NCBI GenBank assembly: GCA_016927185.1
Contig: JAFGND010000057.1
Location: 57,388-77,387, forward strand
Reading direction: 5' to 3'
Source of the DNA: Candidatus Coatesbacteria bacterium
Lineage (GTDB): Bacteria > JAFGND01
Length of the DNA: 20,000 nucleotides
Shown here: in pieces, positions 16,644 through 20,000 of the stretch
Layout: each line of letters opens with the position of its first letter
Position numbering within the stretch: position 1 is the first letter of the stretch
Translations under genes and position numbers: made by a program
Notes under the pieces: generated by a model
The model's database searches: none
Told to the model about the DNA's origin: nothing
The model's input: only the letters and a program-made list of their open reading frames with translations

Positions 16644-18305
16644 TTGGATTTGTTCTCTATAATATTGAAAATCTTTGGAGGATTAGGCCTGTTTCTGCTT
16701 GGAATGCAGCTTCTCTCTGATGGAATGAAAAAGGTTGCTGGCTCAAGGATGAGACGTATAATCGAGATGTTCACAAACAAGCCAATAATAGGTGTTATAA
16801 CAGGTGCGTTAGTAACTTCAGTTATTCAGTCATCTTCAGGTACAACTGTAATGACAGTCGGATTCGTTAATGCAGGTGTAATGAATCTGGTTCAAGCAAT
16901 TGGAATAATCATGGGAGCAAATATAGGAACTACAATGACTGCCCAGTTGATTGCCTTCAGAATAGAGAGTCTGGCACCTCTGGCAATAGGGATCGGGAGT
17001 TTTGGATACTTGTTCTGGTCGAAGAAGAAAATCAAGAACTGGATGATGGTTTTGCTTGGTTTTGGTATTCTCTTTTTTGGAATGGCGACTATGTCATCAG
17101 GATTATCTCCCTTGAAAGATGATCCGCACATGATGGAATTATTCAGGAAATTCTCTCATAGTCCCATTTTAGGTCTTTTAATTGGCACTATTCTGACCTG
17201 CATCGTTCAAAGCAGTAGTGCAACAATAGGTATGCTCCAGGCATTGGTAGGAAGCGGATTGGTTGATTTCCAGGGTGCAGTACCTATCTTGCTGGGAGAT
17301 AATATTGGAACTACAATCACAGCTCAGCTTGCCGCCTTGAATGCGAATACAAATGCAAAAAGAGTGGCCATGTTCCATACTCTTTTTAATGCAATTGGAG
17401 CAGTGCTTATCCTCATCTTTCTTCCTTACTTCATAGATATAGTATCACTTGTAACATTCAAGATTATAGGAAAGCCTTTTGATTTCGTAGATGCAAATGG
17501 TTATCATCCGAGTGCCTTGAGATACGTTGCAAATGCACATTCCATATTTAACATAACGTGTACACTTGTATATCTGCCATTCGTAAAACCGCTAGCATGG
17601 CTTGTTACAAAGATAATTCCGGACAGATTGCAAAGAAAAGCTCGCTTGTCACATGTTGACAAGAGCATGGAAGTAATCCCAAGTATAGCTCTTAATCAGG
17701 CGATAAATGAAGTTGAAAGGATGTCAAGGCTTGTAAAAGAGATGTATTCAGAAATGGATGGCTTTTTCAGAAGTCTTGATAGCTCTACGATAGAAGCCAT
17801 AAAGGAAAAAGAAGAGGAGCTGAATAGTCTTTACAGGGACTTGATTACCTTCATAATAGATCTGAATCAACAACCTCTTGATACTAAGGAATTGAACACA
17901 ATTCCTGGACTGATTCATACAGTGAACGATCTTGAAAGGGTAGGGGATCATATAATAAACTTGTCAGAGCTGACTGAGAGAATGGAGAAGCAGAATATCA
18001 AGTTTTCAGAAGAGACTATTGGTGATATGGAGCATATGTATGCACTTGTTGGACAGATGACAGAACTGGCACAGAAACTGATAATCAAGCCTGAAAAGAA
18101 CTATCTTGCGATGAGGATAATTGAAATTGAAGGAAAAGTGGATAGCATGGAAGATACGATGAGAGACAAATATGTCACATTGAGGAATTGCCAGGAGGAT
18201 CATCCGGAAATAAATGCTTTCATAATTGAGGGTATCATGAATCTGGAACGTATCGGGGATCATTTCAAGAATATTGCGTCAGCTCTCAAGCCACTGGAAA
18301 ACTAG
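16644..18305 (+). CDS. Na+/Pi cotransporter family protein with C-terminal PhoU-like domains
   Basis: GGLGLFLLGM, two QSSS motifs, GANIGTT and GDNIGTT, DLERVGDH and NLERIGDH; TTG start with AAGGAG RBS. Confidence 0.95.
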   Translation: MDLFSIILKIFGGLGLFLLGMQLLSDGMKKVAGSRMRRIIEMFTNKPIIGVITGALVTSVIQSSSGTTVMTVGFVNAGVMNLVQAIGIIMGANIGTTMTAQLIAFRIESLAPLAIGIGSFGYLFWSKKKIKNWMMVLLGFGILFFGMATMSSGLSPLKDDPHMMELFRKFSHSPILGLLIGTILTCIVQSSSATIGMLQALVGSGLVDFQGAVPILLGDNIGTTITAQLAALNANTNAKRVAMFHTLFNAIGAVLILIFLPYFIDIVSLVTFKIIGKPFDFVDANGYHPSALRYVANAHSIFNITCTLVYLPFVKPLAWLVTKIIPDRLQRKARLSHVDKSMEVIPSIALNQAINEVERMSRLVKEMYSEMDGFFRSLDSSTIEAIKEKEEELNSLYRDLITFIIDLNQQPLDTKELNTIPGLIHTVNDLERVGDHIINLSELTERMEKQNIKFSEETIGDMEHMYALVGQMTELAQKLIIKPEKNYLAMRIIEIEGKVDSMEDTMRDKYVTLRNCQEDHPEINAFIIEGIMNLERIGDHFKNIASALKPLEN

Positions 18306-19477
18306 AACCAGTCAAGAAACCAGAAGTTCCTCTTTGGAAAGATTTTTCTGAAGAGAGTAAGCTCCTTCTTGTTTATCTGGATTTTCTTCTCCCAGATAAG
18401 CTCATCAACACTTTTCAATCCGAAAAAAATCTGTGAAAAGGTCTGTATTGTAAGTTTCGAATCGGATTTTATATTGCTTTTCGTGACTTTCATTCTGCCT
18501 TTTGAAGCCTCAACAAGATAATTCCTGTTATTCCATGGAGCTGATGAATCATTATCTATAACGAAAGTTATTTCTCCAGATATATCCTTGTTAATCTTTA
18601 TATTTTCAAGTGCCTTTTCAACATTAATTATTTTATGCTGATGCTGAGGGATTATTTTTATTGTAATCCTTGGTTCACGCAGATAATTCCATATTTCAAC
18701 ATCCATTGCAGTATATAAGTCTATTTCCTTGAGGTGATCCAGATGATTATAAGAGAATGCCATTATTGCATCCAGATCATCTTTCTCAGCAAAAATTGGC
18801 TCTGCAATTACCAGGTTCTTCTCTGGTTTTTTCTTTTCTACATAAGAAATGAAACAACCTGTTATTTCATGTCCGTTCTTTATGAAATATAGTTTTGAGC
18901 TTACATCTACAAGGAACATTTGCTTGAGAAATACTTTCTCCCTCTTGTTCCATCCTTCATAACGTTTCTTGAGAATTTTTTCCCTTATTTCATAGAGCTT
19001 TGGGATATCTCTTTCCCATGAACCTTCTGAAATAGTCCTGTTTTCGGCATTGATTTTTTCCATCTGTTCAGGCTTGAAAGTGAACTGTTTTATGAAGCTG
19101 CCGTACTCCCACCCCATTCTCTTGTAGAATGAGAATTTGAAAGGCATCAGGGAGGACATATAAAAACCGTACTCATTCATCTTTTCCTGAAGGTGGATCA
19201 TGAGTTTGTCCACTAATCCTTTTCTTCTGTACTCAGGTCTTGTTACTACTGAGGTTACTCCAGCCATCTTGTGGTAATCCGTGGATAGCCAGATCTGGAA
19301 GGGGAAGAAAACTGCTGCTGATGCAAGTATTTTACCATCAAAAATACCAAAAGAATACCTGTTTACCCTATTTTCAGGGAACCATTTGATTGTTTCTTCT
19401 GTTGTCATGAAAAAGCAATACTTAAGGAGTTCTCTGAACTGAGGTAAATCGGCTTTTGTAATAGTTCTTAGTATCAT
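18302..19477 (-). CDS. Eis-like GNAT acetyltransferase with C-terminal SCP2-like domain
   Basis: GVTSVVTRPEYRRKG, LMPFKFSFYKRMGWE, APWNNRNY, LTIQTFSQIFFG, C-terminal FLDWF. Confidence 0.9.
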   Translation of the reverse strand: MILRTITKADLPQFRELLKYCFFMTTEETIKWFPENRVNRYSFGIFDGKILASAAVFFPFQIWLSTDYHKMAGVTSVVTRPEYRRKGLVDKLMIHLQEKMNEYGFYMSSLMPFKFSFYKRMGWEYGSFIKQFTFKPEQMEKINAENRTISEGSWERDIPKLYEIREKILKKRYEGWNKREKVFLKQMFLVDVSSKLYFIKNGHEITGCFISYVEKKKPEKNLVIAEPIFAEKDDLDAIMAFSYNHLDHLKEIDLYTAMDVEIWNYLREPRITIKIIPQHQHKIINVEKALENIKINKDISGEITFVIDNDSSAPWNNRNYLVEASKGRMKVTKSNIKSDSKLTIQTFSQIFFGLKSVDELIWEKKIQINKKELTLFRKIFPKRNFWFLDWF

Positions 19478-19496
19478 TCAGAAATCCTTTTTAGAA

Positions 19497-19569
19497 TACC
19501 GGTACGGGGAATTGAACCCCGGTTCTATGGCTGAGAACCATATGTCCTGGTCCACTAGACGATACCGGC
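19497..19569 (-). tRNA. tRNA-Glu (anticodon CTC), CCA not encoded
   Basis: GCCGGTA-TC-GTCTAGTGGACCAGGAC-A-TATGG-TTCTCAG-CCATA-GAAC-CGGGG-TTCAATT-CCCCG-TACCGGT-A; complete cloverleaf, 73 nt, U13-G22 pair and 4-nt variable loop typical of tRNA-Glu. Confidence 0.97.
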
Positions 19570-19605
19570 ATGAAGCAATGTCAACCATTGAACTTTCAAG
19601 AAAAC

Positions 19606-19611
19606 TGTCAA
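19606..19611 (-). promoter_or_regulatory. Putative -35 box (TTGACA) for the tRNA-Glu/GNAT unit
   Basis: Perfect TTGACA ending 36 nt upstream of the tRNA 5' end; no canonical -10 at 17 nt. Confidence 0.45.
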
Positions 19612-19643
19612 GAAATTAGCTAATTCATAAATAAAGGTAAAGG

Positions 19644-20000
19644 TTATTGAATTTTTACGATACGTTTGGTTTCAGAAGCAGATTTAATAATATAGATCCC
19701 CTCTCTCCACCTGCTAGTATCAAGTTCATGCTTGCCTTTGTCTACTTTCATGATGAATTGCCCAGTGAGGGAATAAACTCTTGCCCTGTCAGATGTTTCT
19801 ATAGTAAGTCTGTCCCTGAATGGATTGGGATGTGCGGAGAGGGAGGGAGAGGGAAGGTGCTGGGAGGATTGCTTATTATTAAAACCATCCTTAAAACCAG
19901 TATTCACAGCAAAGAGATAGCCATCACTACTAGTGAAATAAACAATGCTATCTGATACGCATGGAGTTGCTAATAATGGTTTATTTGTCTTGTAAACCCA
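19644..20000 (-). CDS. C-terminal part of a PQQ/BamB-type beta-propeller protein with a T9SS type-A-like sorting domain (5' end outside window)
   Basis: The frame is open to 20000, beyond the 87-aa ORF call: WVYKTNKPLLATPCVSDSIVYFTSSDGYLFAVN (propeller blade), then HPNPFRDRLTI...VYSLTGQ...EGIYIIK...KRIVKIQ (cf. YPNP...IYxxxG...GxY...KxxK). Confidence 0.8.
   Translation of the reverse strand, partial: WVYKTNKPLLATPCVSDSIVYFTSSDGYLFAVNTGFKDGFNNKQSSQHLPSPSLSAHPNPFRDRLTIETSDRARVYSLTGQFIMKVDKGKHELDTSRWREGIYIIKSASETKRIVKIQ

Noticed and set aside
18302..19477. Aminoglycoside-resistance determinant
   Set aside because: Eis-family GNATs are widespread with varied substrates; nothing in the sequence or context supports a resistance role
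19478..19643. tRNA-associated integrative element or att site
   Set aside because: No integrase, no duplicated tRNA 3' end noticed in the window, and the flanking genes are ordinary
19644..19907. Stand-alone 87-aa protein as given in the ORF track
   Set aside because: The frame stays open to the window end and encodes a propeller blade, so the GTG is an internal Val
705..19955. Short alternative-frame or antisense ORFs in the track (e.g. 3496-3804, 7448-7732, 15068-15517, 19647-19955)
   Set aside because: They overlap well-supported genes and have shadow-ORF composition (Ser/Phe/Ile/Leu-rich) with no recognisable motifs
1..20000. CRISPR array, IS element, prophage, defence or retroelement system
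   Set aside because: No spaced direct repeats and no transposase, integrase, reverse transcriptase or nuclease motifs; intergenic gaps are all under 300 nt

Overview
AT-rich bacterial chromosomal window (roughly one-third GC by eye), densely coding and mostly housekeeping or envelope-related. I found no mobile element, CRISPR array, prophage or defence island. In order: 5' part of thrS (-); an asparagine-synthetase-like protein lacking the Ntn Cys1 (+); a secreted helical hypothetical protein (+); a membrane-anchored HEAT-repeat protein (-); three tandem M42 (TET-type) aminopeptidases (-); a GldA/GldF/GldG-like ABC module with a DUF4340-like gene (+); an unannotated 22-aa Lys-rich small ORF with a terminator hairpin that abuts coaE (+); a DUF5684-like membrane protein (+); a DUF4230-like gene with an ABC ATPase and permease (-); a Na/Pi cotransporter (+); an Eis-like GNAT (-); tRNA-Glu(CTC) (-); and the 3' end of a PQQ-type beta-propeller protein with a T9SS type-A-like C-terminal domain (-). 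The best leads are a recurring upstream motif ATTGACAAA-N14-AGGTYT suggesting non-canonical promoter architecture, the Lys-rich sORF/terminator/coaE junction, and the catalytically divergent AsnB-like enzyme. All family calls come from recognising motifs by eye, not from database searches.
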